Shown one piece after another: positions 33,807 to 44,969 of a stretch of 62,536 bases of DNA. Source of the stretch: Thraustochytrium aureum (lineage: Eukaryota); assembly GCA_012862495.1 (NCBI GenBank), contig BLSG01000062.1:42447-104982 (forward strand). Reading direction: 5' to 3'. A model generated the notes under the pieces. The model was not told where the DNA came from. It saw only the letters and a list, made by a program, of their open reading frames with translations, and searched no databases. A program made the translations under genes and the position numbers. How positions within the stretch are numbered: position 1 is the stretch's first letter; every line of letters begins with the position of its first letter.

Positions 33807-35630
33807 ATGGAGCGCAGGGCCATCGTGGCCGCTGTGGCACTTGCTGGCATCGTATTCGGTGGCAACGCCACAGCACAGCCCGAGACGTGGGAGACGTGGG
33901 AGCCGTGGCAAGGCGAAGGGTTTGGCGCTGCCGTGCGCCTCGATCTCGCCACAGATGGCGTCGAAGCAGTGCAGCCAGCGCCCCGAACCGAGGGTGGTGG
34001 CCTGAGCGACTGGGCGTTCCGCACCTCCATGCATCCGTTCGTTGCTAAACTTGAAACGTACGACGGCCCGCCGCGAGGCAGCAGCGAAGGCGGGCCTGCG
34101 ACCCTCCGTGAATGGGTGGAGGAGGCCCGCGAAACCGAGCGCAAGCGTACGGCTGGTGCGCAAGGACGCAAGTTGAATGTCTTTGGAGAGGACGACCGCG
34201 TGCCGATGAAGGAGAGCCTGATGCAGCAGTTCCCAGCCCGAGCCATCGCGCGGCTCGAGTCCATATCAGGCTGGTGCACAGCCACAATCGTTAGCAAGTA
34301 TCTGATTGTCACCAACTCGCACTGCGTCCAGACCGACAGCGCCGGCATCACCAGCGTGTGGTGGCGCACGGCAAGCGTGCGCGTCGCGCTGAACGACGTC
34401 GACCACTCGTTTCGCGTGTTCTTCCACCGCGTCATGTACAGTCCAAAGGACCGGGGCGACCTCGACTTTGCTGTGATCCAGCTCGAGCATCCGATCGGCG
34501 AGTTCACTGGCTGGCCCGGCATCCGCTGGGTCGACTTGGACTACTTTAAAGAGGACCGCTCAGTATCGCTGCTCGCCTACTCGCGCGACTTTTGGGTAAA
34601 AGCGGGGACTGCGGGGGGGCACTTCAGTTGCTCAACGCGGGGCGTGTACAAGGGGTTCGAAGTGGCGCACGACTGCGACATGAGCGGCGGCGCTTCCGGG
34701 GGCGCAATCCTCATGGGCTTGGCGCTCAACGCTGCAGAGGATGCGATTTTGATCGAGGAGGGCCCCTATGTGGTCGGTCTCAACACGGCCGAGTACCGTC
34801 CGTCCGACTCGACCTCGCCGCTCTTTCTGCCAGAGTACCACGCGGCGAATCGCAACGTCATGCTTCCGAGCGCCGACTTTCGCAACGCCTTTGAGGAGTT
34901 GCTGGCCGCTGACGAGCCGCCCAACGCGGTCATGTGCGCACCAAAGTGCTCCAACAGCCTGCGCGGTAACGGCGTCTGCGACACGGCTTGCATGAACGGA
35001 GCCTGCAACTTTGATGACGGCGATTGCAGGTGCGCCCCAGGCTGCGGCCTGAACCTACTGGGCAACGGCGTCTGTAACGCGGCCTGCAATGTCCCTGGGT
35101 GCGAGTTTGACAAGGGCGACTGCGAGTGCTCGCCAGGCTGTCTCCAGCATTGGGAGGGCGACAAGTTTTGCGATCGGGTCTGCAACACACCAGAGTGCAA
35201 GTACGACGCAGGTGACTGCGACTGTGCGCCGGGCTGCCATGTCGGCCTGCTTTTCAATGACGTTTGCGACAAGGTTTGCAACAACAAGGCCTGCGACTTC
35301 GACAGAGGGTCGTGTACGTGCGCCCCCGGCTGCTCCGCCAATCTGCTTGGAAACGGCGTTTGCGACGATGCCTGCAGCGCGGCGTCCTGCAGCTACGATG
35401 CGGGTGACTGTTGCGGCCGCATTCGCAAGTCCAGGGCTTGCAACAAAGCGCGCGGGTGCAAGTTTTTAAACCTCAAGGGCCATGGCAAGAGGTGCTACGG
35501 CGAGCCTTTTCTCGCCACCTTTGACTGCGCCTCTTGGAAGAGCAAAAGGGACTGCAAGCGCCGCGGCTCGGGCGTCTGCACGTGGAGGTCCCGGGCCTGC
35601 ATCAACAAGTTTGACACGGCGGACTCGTGA
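33807..35630 (+). CDS. Secreted trypsin-clan (V8/glutamyl endopeptidase-like, S1B-type) serine protease with five LNR repeats and a basic Cys-rich tail
   Basis: Signal peptide, propeptide, VFGEDDRVP, CTATIVS..LIVTNSHCV (His), DFAVIQL (Asp) and HDCDMSGGASGG (Ser). Five units of CAPGC....GNGVCD.AC....C.xD.GDC follow. Confidence 0.85.
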   Translation: MERRAIVAAVALAGIVFGGNATAQPETWETWEPWQGEGFGAAVRLDLATDGVEAVQPAPRTEGGGLSDWAFRTSMHPFVAKLETYDGPPRGSSEGGPATLREWVEEARETERKRTAGAQGRKLNVFGEDDRVPMKESLMQQFPARAIARLESISGWCTATIVSKYLIVTNSHCVQTDSAGITSVWWRTASVRVALNDVDHSFRVFFHRVMYSPKDRGDLDFAVIQLEHPIGEFTGWPGIRWVDLDYFKEDRSVSLLAYSRDFWVKAGTAGGHFSCSTRGVYKGFEVAHDCDMSGGASGGAILMGLALNAAEDAILIEEGPYVVGLNTAEYRPSDSTSPLFLPEYHAANRNVMLPSADFRNAFEELLAADEPPNAVMCAPKCSNSLRGNGVCDTACMNGACNFDDGDCRCAPGCGLNLLGNGVCNAACNVPGCEFDKGDCECSPGCLQHWEGDKFCDRVCNTPECKYDAGDCDCAPGCHVGLLFNDVCDKVCNNKACDFDRGSCTCAPGCSANLLGNGVCDDACSAASCSYDAGDCCGRIRKSRACNKARGCKFLNLKGHGKRCYGEPFLATFDCASWKSKRDCKRRGSGVCTWRSRACINKFDTADS

Positions 35631-35691
35631 ACGATCGAGAATGCGTTGAAATCAGCTAGACGATCGTCTGCGCGCCTGATCCACAACATGC

Positions 35692-35746
35692 ACTCCGATC
35701 TCCACATCCCGCTCGACTCAGATCTCCACATCCCGCTCGACTCTGA
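35692..35746. repeat. 24-bp tandem repeat, about 2.3 copies (ACTCxGATCTCCACATCCCGCTCG)
   Basis: Directly visible, just 3' of the protease gene. Confidence 0.8.
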
Positions 35747-36750
35747 TAAGATCCATAAAGAACACCGCTTTATTCGCGATTTGCTCTCTCGCTCCCTGAA
35801 TCTTCGGAATCTACCGGTACTCTTTCGTAAGGGTTTCTGTCGCTCGGCGTGCACGAATCTCTCCCCACTTCGGCTGCGACCTGCTTGCTCGGCTGCTCTC
35901 GATCTCCAAAGAATTCGCAACGCTGCACTGGCAAGTTCAAGTTAGGCACTGACTGGCATGCGCGACCCGGACGCCCTGTCTGCTTCGATCCGTGACAGGC
36001 TGCTTGACGCGTGCTTTTGCCCGCTCCGTTCGAATCACATGGTTGGAGCCGGCAGATTCGGCCTCGCCAGCTTCGAGCACGGTCGACTCGGCGAGCTGCG
36101 CCAGGACTCCTGATGGATACGGCGCTGTGTTTGTGCCCGGTGGGCACGTGACTGGGTGGAATTGGCAACTGCGGCCAACTCTGTCTGCGGTCTGGCCGTC
36201 CCGCCTTCAGCGCTCCCGTTGATGAGAGCGTGCGTCATGCAATCGCCTCTCGACGTGATGAGCCAATGCGACGGGCGCCGAGATACGCCAAGATGCAGCG
36301 GCGGCGGCCAACCGCGCGGTGTGCCGATGGCGGTATCTTGCTGGATTCGCAGGCGATTCTGCGCAGCTGCGCGTCACGCCGCAGCCCTCGCATTCGGTTT
36401 GCCGGCCGCCGCGAGAGGCCTGGCTGCGAGGTAGAGTACTACAGGCGAAGAATTCACTAGCAATCGCCGCTGGCGCACAAGCAGCCATGTCTGCAATACC
36501 AAGGTGCCTCCTGTCCGAGCGCGGAAAAGCCATGGTGTGCGGCGCACATCGCGGATCGCCTGCTCCAAAGGCGCTTGCCGCGCCGAGGTGGGCAAACCGA
36601 GCGCCACTGTGCCAGTATAATCGACAAGCGCACTCCACGAGCGATTTCCGCTTCTTCTGCAACAGACCCTCAACGCCAAAACTCGCGCAGCAAGACCCAA
36701 CGGCAAGGAGAAAAGGAGAAAAGGACAAGTGCAAGCCTCTCGCCAGCAAA

Positions 36751-37653
36751 ATGGTGACCATCTCGCGACTGTTCTACAACCCCGAACTGTCGTGGAGCAG
36801 CAATGCCATCATGTTCTGGGCATGGGAGAGCATCATCCACCACATGTACTTTCTCGTGTTGTTCGTGCAGCGCCAATTCTCAGAGACGTGGAACACTGGC
36901 GAGCTCTGGAGGCTCAACATGGAGAAGGAATGCGCGTTTTTCTCGCAGCTCTTCGGCGGCAACCCCACATTGTGCGCCGAGAGCACCATGACTCTGTTCA
37001 GCGGCATCTGGTTCGAGACGCCCACGCCCACGGACGCCCAAAAGAACTGGCTCGGTCGCCTCGTTACCAACTACCAGCATAGCGAGGCCACCATCCACAC
37101 GCTCATCTGCCTCTTCGGCCTCATGATTGTCGCCCGTCTCTCGGACCAGGACAAGGAGCGGGGCGTATCCGTCGTGTCCAGCTGGGTGCGCTGGGCCTTT
37201 TTCGGGGCGCTGTTCTTCGAGACCTGGACGATGTGCGTCCCGTACCTCTTCCTCTTCGGGTGGGCCTGGGGCGGCGTCACCCCCGAGCCGCGCAACCCGA
37301 TCGTTGACACGATCGCCGCCCTCGGCTCTGACCCTTACATGGACGGCGTGCAGATGGGCGCTTCGCTAATCACCATGTTTTGGGTCTCGGTGGTGGTGCT
37401 CATCCTCGACGCGTGGGCCATGTTCCGCTCCTGGCAATTCGCGATGGGCAACAAGGACACCCTTGCCACCAACTTGCTCTTCTTTGGCACAACCTCGGCC
37501 GCCATCGCCTGGTACGTCAACGCTTTCTTCCAGGCCGACGGACGGGGCCTCGACGGCACGGCAACCTTTGCCACGCAGTCCCTAGACGTTTTGCACGCCC
37601 TCTTTGGCAACGACACGGCCTCCATCGTCGAGGTCGCTGTGGGCTCCTCGTAA
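36751..37653 (+). CDS. Uncharacterised multi-pass membrane protein (300 aa)
   Basis: ATG in an AAAATGG context, strong C/G third-position bias and about 5-6 hydrophobic helices. His/Glu occur inside the helices (ESIIHH, HSEATIH, FFET). Confidence 0.75.
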   Translation: MVTISRLFYNPELSWSSNAIMFWAWESIIHHMYFLVLFVQRQFSETWNTGELWRLNMEKECAFFSQLFGGNPTLCAESTMTLFSGIWFETPTPTDAQKNWLGRLVTNYQHSEATIHTLICLFGLMIVARLSDQDKERGVSVVSSWVRWAFFGALFFETWTMCVPYLFLFGWAWGGVTPEPRNPIVDTIAALGSDPYMDGVQMGASLITMFWVSVVVLILDAWAMFRSWQFAMGNKDTLATNLLFFGTTSAAIAWYVNAFFQADGRGLDGTATFATQSLDVLHALFGNDTASIVEVAVGSS

Positions 37654-37889
37654 ACTTGACACCATGTGCAACCCAATCCGACCACCTGCTGCTCGGCAGC
37701 AGCGTGCTCTATTATCAAATCGAATGAATCTACTACATGCGGATTTGGCCTGTGCGCGCAGCGCTTATTCAGTTGTTGGCGCTTACGCGGCACCACGCGA
37801 CGAGCCGGCGCAAGAGCCCCCGCTCTGCGCCAGGCCGATGCGCAGGCTCGCGGCAAAGCCCTTCGAGTATTGCGATAGCCAGGGACCCT

Positions 37890-40800
37890 TCAAACCCCAA
37901 GCTGCCGCGCTTTTGCCGACGACAAAAACGCGGCTGCAAGGTGCTGGTTTTGCAGCTCCGCCAGCTCGAGCGCCGTCCGCCCGTTGTGGTCCCGCGACGT
38001 CGTGTCCGCGCCGCGATCGAGCAGGAACCGCATCATGTCGACCTGGCCGTGACAGGCTGCGACGTGCAACAGCGACAAACCCCGAAACGCAAAGTTTACC
38101 GACAGCTTGCTGCGGTCTAGGAGCTCCACGGCCTGCCGTAGGTTGCCGTGCTTTGCGTACACGAAGAGCGTCTCCATCTCTGCTGCCAATATGTACTCGG
38201 TCTGCTCCCCGCCGCCTGGCTGCAGCGGCTTGAGCGATTCGAGCCCCGAACACAGCGCGCGCAACTCGAGCCTCAAAGCGCGCTTGGATGGCTTTGAAGC
38301 TTTTGATTTTCGGCGCTTTTCACCGTCTGCCCACCTCGCAGTGGGGCCAGCCTGTGACGAGCGCCTGCAGATGCAGGGCGAGGGCGTGATACGTCCCGTT
38401 GCGTTGCCCGCTCGTGTGCAGCGGTTGCCGGGTGAGACTCCAGCGTGGGGTCGGCGCCCGCGTCCCCATTCGCAGCTCTAGCTACAGCACGGGCAGCAGC
38501 TCTACTCACCGCTCGAGCGGCGTCGCGCTCGGCTTGTTCGCTCGCCGACACTCCGCGCTTTTTCTTGCGGCGTTTCCCTTTGAGTTTCGCTTTCGCCTTT
38601 GGCGTGGCGCCCCTACCCGGGAGCCCAGTATCGCTTGGAACGGAACGGCCTTCCGGCCGCTGGATGCGGATAGATGTCTGTTTGCTGAGGGTCTCTCGCT
38701 GGATTGGAAGTCCTCCGAGTCGCACGCCCATGCCACTGCTCGGGAGCCGCTCAGCCATTTCGCCGAGAAAGTCCAGCGTCCCGCTGATCCCGCCTGCACC
38801 GCAAGACGCCTCGCGCCCCTTGCTCGAGAGTCGTCTTGGCGCAGCTTTCTGGACGCTACTAGACTGTAGCGGGGCGAGGCGGCGAGTAGATCCCCGTTTC
38901 ATGCTGGCTCGCGCTGCACCTTTCGTCGAAGGGGAAGGGGAATACAGCGCCGCCCCTTTGGTTGCCGTGCTGCTTCTGGCGACGCTTCGGCCTCGTGCAG
39001 CTCGAGGCGCCGCTCCTGGGAGCTCGCAGTCTCCGACGTGCGAGTCCATGGCCGCGAAACGTTCCTCCAGATCGCCGTCCTCTGAGATGGGCCCGCCGCC
39101 ACCATGGCAGGCAAGCTCGGTTCCGCTGTCAAAGCTATCATCGTCGCTACTCAGCGCAAAGCTGTCCTCGTCGCTGCTATCGTCGCTCGCAGACCCCTCC
39201 GTGCCACTTGAGCTGCTCGCGTCGTCCCCGTCAGGACCGAGCATCGACGGCCTTTTCTCGACGTCGTCCGAGCCAGCAGCGTGCCGAATAATGCGGTCCA
39301 CAAACTCTAGCTCCTCCTCGGCCTGCGACCGGCGCCGGAGCCGCGGCTGGTCAACTGTACCAGACGAGGACGGCGACCCACCGCCGCCGCGAGCTCTAGC
39401 GTGTGCTCCGTCAGGCCCACCAAGCTCGTCTGCGGCTCCGCGCTGAAGTCGACGGAGCATCCGCCCGGCGGTGCTCTTGAGGGTGTCGAGAGTGGCCACT
39501 TCGAGGTTGGCAAACAGGTCGCGCTCGTCACCGCGCGGGTCGTGCTTTTGCACCTCGCACTGGACGCAAGCCAAGTCCACACTAAACACCTCCGCCTCGC
39601 CGTGCTTGGGGCACAGCCCTGTTGCTTCGGAGATGGAGAAGGACATCTCGTCGTTTGCGATCGCGCGGAAAGCCTCGTCCGCCATCGAGACAAACTCAGA
39701 CCAAGTGATCGACCCTGATCCCGTCGTGTCGTACCGTTCAAACTTGCGCTTGGCTCGCTCCGAGGTGCCGAGCCAAAAGCAAAAGTGCTGGTGCATCTCC
39801 TTAAGCGACCAGTCCGCGAATTCCTTGCCGTACGCCTCCTTTGGAGCAGTTCCTGTGGTGGTTTGCCGATGCCTCATATAGGCGCGCAGCTCGGCCGAGT
39901 CGATCTCACCCGAGTCGTCCACGTCGATGGCCTGCCAAATGCGCTCGTATGCCTTGAGGCGCAAGTATCGCCTCGTGACCGCCTCTTTGCGCAGCATGCT
40001 AGAGAAGAGAGCCAGAGACCGCACCGCCTCCCCTTGCTTGAACCCATCCGCGCCGGTGTAGGCAAGCACGCTTTTCTCGTTTTCGGTGTTGTACGCCTCT
40101 GCCAGGTCCTCGAGGCGCTTTTTCAGGAAAGGCACGAGCTCGCTGCGAGAGATTATCATCAGCTGCGACGCGCGCCTGCTCTTTGCGCGCCCAAGTCGGA
40201 GGGCCACTCGCTCGCCCTCACAGCTTCCTTCACCAACGCGCGCTGGCACCGTTGAGCTTCCGCTTTCCTCGCCGAGCGCGCTCGGTTGGCGATTGTCCTG
40301 CAAAAGCGCGACCACGGCGGCCCAGTCTACTCCGGCGACGCCTTCATCCTGCATGCACTCTGCAAGAGCTGTTGCTTCAGAGCTATCCATCTCCAGCAAA
40401 GACCCCTGTCGCATTGGGCCTGCCAGCGGCTCGAGTCCACTTGGTCGGGTATCCAACTTTGCGTTCATGCGCGCGCTCTCGCTGGCCGAGCTGGACTGCA
40501 ACCGAGCAAGCTCCATGGCCCCGCGCACCAGCGAGATGCGGGTCACGCTGCCGTGCTCCACGCTTGAAAGCGCGTCGTGAAACTTCTCGATGGCCTTCCA
40601 CAATGCAGACTCCGCGCCAGTGTCGAGGTCTTCCTCGCCCGCCACTCGGTCGCACAAGAACAGCGACCGCGTAGAGCTGCGTTGGAAAAGGCTCAGCCTG
40701 GACTCCAAGCGAAAGCGATCCTTCGCCGCGTTTGCTGCAGCGAGTGCGCTGGCCGTGGCCTCGCCACAGATTGTGGAGCCACGCATCTTGCCGCGCTGGG

Positions 40801-43284
40801 CCATGTCGGCCGCTGCGGCGTCTGCTGCGGCAGAGTTCAGGTATGACTTGGGCTTGTTGTTCCGTTTTCGCTTGCCTTTGCTGTTGGTCACGGCCTCAAA
40901 GGCGCTTTGATTCGCCAGGACCCCTTCGAGCCAGGACCCTGGGAGCGGCCTTAGGTCGTAGTAGTTTGCGGGGTAGAACAGGACGCCCTCCTTGAAGGTG
41001 AAGGGCAGAGCCGGGTCGAGTTGCGCGGGCTGCGCCCCGTCTGCAATGACGCCGACAGAGACGCGCACAGCGACGGACCTGCCCCGCGGCCCGCCGGCCT
41101 GCAAATCGATGGTGAAGTTGATCATCGAATGCTGAAAGCGGCCCGCGTTGAACGCGGTCAGAAACCGCGTGAGGTATAGCGTCCCGCAAAACGGCTCGCT
41201 GTGGCCCGGGAGGCGCACCTGCAGCGNNNNNNNNNNNNNNNNNNNNNNNNNNNNNNNNNNNNNNNNNNNNNNNNNNNNNNNNNNNNNNNNNNNNNNNNNN
41301 NNNNNNNNNNNNNNNNNNNNNNNNNNNNNNNNNNNNNNNNNNNNNNNNNNNNNNNNNNNNNNNNNNNNNNNNNNNNNNNNNNNNNNNNNNNNNNNNNNNN
41401 NNNNNNNNNNNNNNNNNNNNNNNNNNNNNNNNNNNNNNNNNNNNNNNNNNNNNNNNNNNNNNNNNNNNNNNNNNNNNNNNNNNNNNNNNNNNNNNNNNNN
41501 NNNNNNNNNNNNNNNNNNNNNNNNNNNNNNNNNNNNNNNNNNNNNNNNNNNNNNNNNNNNNNNNNNNNNNNNNNNNNNNNNNNNNNNNNNNNNNNNNNNN
41601 NNNNNNNNNNNNNNNNNNNNNNNNNNNNNNNNNNNNNNNNNNNNNNNNNNNNNNNNNNNNNNNNNNNNNNNNNNNNNNNNNNNNNNNNNNNNNNNNNCGT
41701 ACAGAGTTTGCACTGCTTTGTCGTTGCAGAGGGTAACGGTCGCGTGCCGCGGCCATTCACGCCCCCAACGCCCGCCACGCCGGCACCTCCCCGGATGGCT
41801 TGGTTCCGGGCCCGTACGATAGCCTTTTCGTCGTCAGAATCGTAATAGTCCCCCTGCTCTTGGCGGCGCTGCTCAATCTCATCCTGTATGCGAGTTGCCT
41901 CCTCGTAGGCCTCAGGTGTCAGCTCGAACCCTTTGATGTTGATCAGCATCCAGGTATCCTGCTCCGTTTTCACAAAGTCGCACGTGAGGTGCTCCAGCGC
42001 GAACAGCGCGAGACCATACTCTGCAGCTACGGCGGCCTCCAGGTGGCGCACTACACGTGTCATTGCCTCGCCTACCTGCTCAATCGCAAAAGCAGAAATC
42101 TTGAACACGGACAGATTGCCCTGCTGCGTGGATGTTGGGCAGAACCACGTCGACATTTCCTTCTCCGCTTGAAAATGATAGTGCTTGGGACCGCTCGTGG
42201 CCGCAACGGCCTCGATTGCCGGCGCCACTGCCCCCGCGACGTCAACTGCCTGGTCCTCGTGGCCACCGCCGCCACTATCGCCACGCTCGGTCAAGAACGT
42301 GGGATTCGGCTCGAGCGACCGTGGTGTCTGGGGCCCCTCCGCATTGCTCGCTTGAGAAAGTCGTGACCCCCGTCGTGCGCTGGGCGAGAGAAGTACCGTT
42401 TCGTCCTCCGTCGAGCTTGAGGACTCCTCCTCCCGCGCCACGTCGAGCGAGGAGTCGAGGTAGGACCTGTTTGATGTCACATTGATGACGCCAAGCGCTT
42501 TGTTTTTATGCCAGGTGACCCGGTAGATTGACGCTTTGGCGCCCTTGGACTTTGTAAATTGCTGGAAGATGCATCGTTCTGGGCGGTCGTGGAGCCACGA
42601 CTCTAGCGTGGGCCCGAGTACCACTTGGGTGTTTTGCTTTTCTGGACTGGTCCAGTCTGGGACTTTGAGAACCGCGGCGACTGCGCCTGGCTCGGACCCA
42701 ATCCGCTTGGACGCATTCCTCCAGCGCTGCACAAGGCTGCTGTCCCAGCCGTCCCCAAGTGGCTTGGCGACGATCGACTGCTCCCGATTGGAATAGTCCA
42801 GCAGGGTTGCTTTCGACCCTTTAAAAATGAGAGTCTCCGGAATCGGGACGTACAGCCTGCCATCAAGACGGTCGAAAGGGAGGCCCTCGGACCGGATTGT
42901 TAGCGCTTTTGTTGACACTTTGGTCTTCGTGCGCGCGCGTGATGCGGCCGTCGGGGAAGCGTGCCGGCGGGCAGGGGCGTGCGCCTCCTCGGCACTGTCG
43001 GCATCGTGCTGCCTTCGTCGCTTGTGCGTTTTGAGTGGTCCCAGGAGCGCAAAGAGTTCAAGCCCTGGGCCGATTGGGATCTTGGTGTAGTAGTCCCGGT
43101 CCTCTTGGATGATTACCGATTCCAGGTGCTTCGCCACAATGCTCTGGCGGCTTGGTGGCGAGAACGAGCTAAAATTGGTGCCGCGCCGTGCCGCGTGCGC
43201 ACCGCGTTGCGTTGGAACGTGGATCTGAGGACTTGCAGACCCATTTCCGACAGCCACCGATTCGCGACCCGCTCGCTTCGACAT
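37890..43284 (-). CDS. Large multidomain protein: ATP-grasp-like N-terminal region, Cys motifs, EF-hand pair and C-terminal ankyrin repeats (gap 41227-41697; apparent frameshift at ~38331)
   Basis: YVPIPETL...IFQQFTKSKGAKASIYRVTW...TCDFVK...WMLINIKGF, CKLC, EF loops DVDDSGEIDSAE and DTTGSGSITWSE, CPKH...CVQC, then GLSLLHVAACHGQVDMMRFLLDRGAD and GRTALELA. Treating it as one gene across the gap is an inference. Confidence 0.6.
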
Positions 43285-44190
43285 TGGCCGCCGGCTAGCC
43301 TCGCGGGCCTACTGTGGACGCGGCCGGGCCGCCACTTGCGGCATTCAGCAGCAACAAACCCTTTCGAGAAGCTTGTCCACGTCAGTACATGGACGGCTAG
43401 TCCGCCTTCCACAAACCAGACCCAACGCAGCAGCTCGCAGCCTTGCCGCGTTTCGTCGTCCTGTCTGCGCCGCCAAGCAGCAAGCCTATTGCGCGGACGC
43501 GTGTGGCCCAAGCAGGTGCCTCACTATTGCTGACGCAAAAGCTTCTCGACCTGCCTCGACTTGCGTTGCCAAAGGCCTTGCTCGTGCTGGTGCTGGGGCG
43601 TTTGGTGGTGCTGCGGCGCTGGCTCTGGCTGGTACTCGGGCGTTTGCTGGTGCTGGGCTGCATTCATGAAAATCGCTCGCCATGTAACGGTAACTCGATT
43701 CCTATCGTACTCACCTGAGTTAGTTTACAGGCTCATGGGAGCCCGAGGCTTGCTGCTTCGCGTCCAGCCCGCGCGCAAGGACCACAGAAGGACGAGCTTT
43801 CTACTTGCGCGGTGCTCGCAAGAGCCAGCTAGAGGCAACGTGCGCTTGCGCGGGAAAGCGACGAGACCCTCGATTGATCGATTGATCAATTGGGCCGTCG
43901 AGCATCTTCCACGCCTCGAGCGCAAAACCGCACAAGCGCTCAAGCCGGCACGGCCGCCAGATGGAANNNNNNNNNNNNNNNNNNNNNNNNNNNNNNNNNN
44001 NNNNNNNNNNNNNNNNNNNNNNNNNNNNNNNNNNNNNNNNNNNNNNNNNNNNNNNNNNNNNNNNNNNNNNNNNNNNNNNNNNNNNNNNNNNNNNNNNNNN
44101 NNNNNNNNNNNNNNNGATATTCCAGCAGCCCGAGTGCAAATCCAGCCGCCCTCGCTACAGTCAAGGCAGCCCCGCTCGCTGCTCGTCCAG

Positions 44191-44235
44191 CAGCCAAGGC
44201 AGCCAAGGCAGCCAAGGCAGCCAAGGCAACCAAGC
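44191..44235. repeat. 9-bp tandem repeat (CAGCCAAGG), about 5 copies
   Basis: Directly visible. Confidence 0.85.
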
Positions 44236-44391
44236 AGGCTGCCAGCCCGCGAGACGGATCGATTGATCGGTCGATGTTCTGCAGGGTCGACGTGCACGAA
44301 CGCATTCCCCAGTTCGTTGCCTTCCGGAATCCTCCGAGCAGGCAGAGCCGGAACGGCACCTGCGCAGGACGCCTGCCTGGCTGCCACGCGC

Positions 44392-44832
44392 GGGCAGCGC
44401 CAGGTATCGGCAGGCTACACTTGTGCGCCGGGCGGGCAGCAGCGGTTTTCGCCAGGCTGCCTTTCGGGCCGGCCGGGCTGCGGCGGTATCGTTCACTTGC
44501 GGGGCTGGGCGGGCAGCGGCGCGGTTTTGGTTGTCGGGCTTGGCTTGGGCGCTGGCGGGCAGCCGCAGGTATCGTCAGGCTATTCTGCGGGCAGTCGCGG
44601 GTATCGTCGGGCTATTCTACGGGCAGCCGCGGGTTTCGCATTCTTGGGTGCTCGGGGGCCAGCTCAGGCTATATTCTTCTGCGCCGGGTGGGCAGCAGCG
44701 GTATCGTCGGGCTATTCTACGTGGCCAGGCGAGCAGCCGCGGTTTCGTCGGGCTATTCTACGTGGTCTGGCGAGCAGCCGCGGTATCGTCAAGCTATACT
44801 TCGGTGCCAGGCGGGTACCGTCAGGCTGTTTT
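44392..44832. repeat. Degenerate array of about 12 copies of GGGCAGCCGCGGTATCGTCGGGCTATTCT with short variable linkers
   Basis: Best-conserved copies near 44557, 44589, 44690, 44731 and 44772. The period is about 30-45 bp. Confidence 0.8.
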
Positions 44833-44969
44833 CCGGGCCCCGCAAGGCTTTCCTGCAGCGTAGCCCACGAGGCTTGGGCGCCGCTGCGACCAGGACTGCG
44901 TGGCTGGCTGGCGCCGTCGCTTAGCGCAAGGAGGATTGGACGGACTGCAGCGAGTGTGTGGAAAGAGCG

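Noticed and set aside
43868..44280. GATCGATTGATC motifs either side of a gap as transposon ends
   Set aside because: They are short low-complexity near-palindromes with similar copies elsewhere (~4110, ~25655), and no target-site duplication or transposase is evident.
44392..44832. CRISPR-like repeat-spacer array
   Set aside because: The repeats are degenerate, the linkers only 2-15 bp and similar to each other, there are no cas genes, and the context is eukaryotic.
1913..44924. ORFs that run through N gaps (e.g. 7800..9608 joining FEA1-like to Nup54, 31031..32950)
   Set aside because: Ns hide stops and gap lengths are estimates, so these fusions are unsupported.
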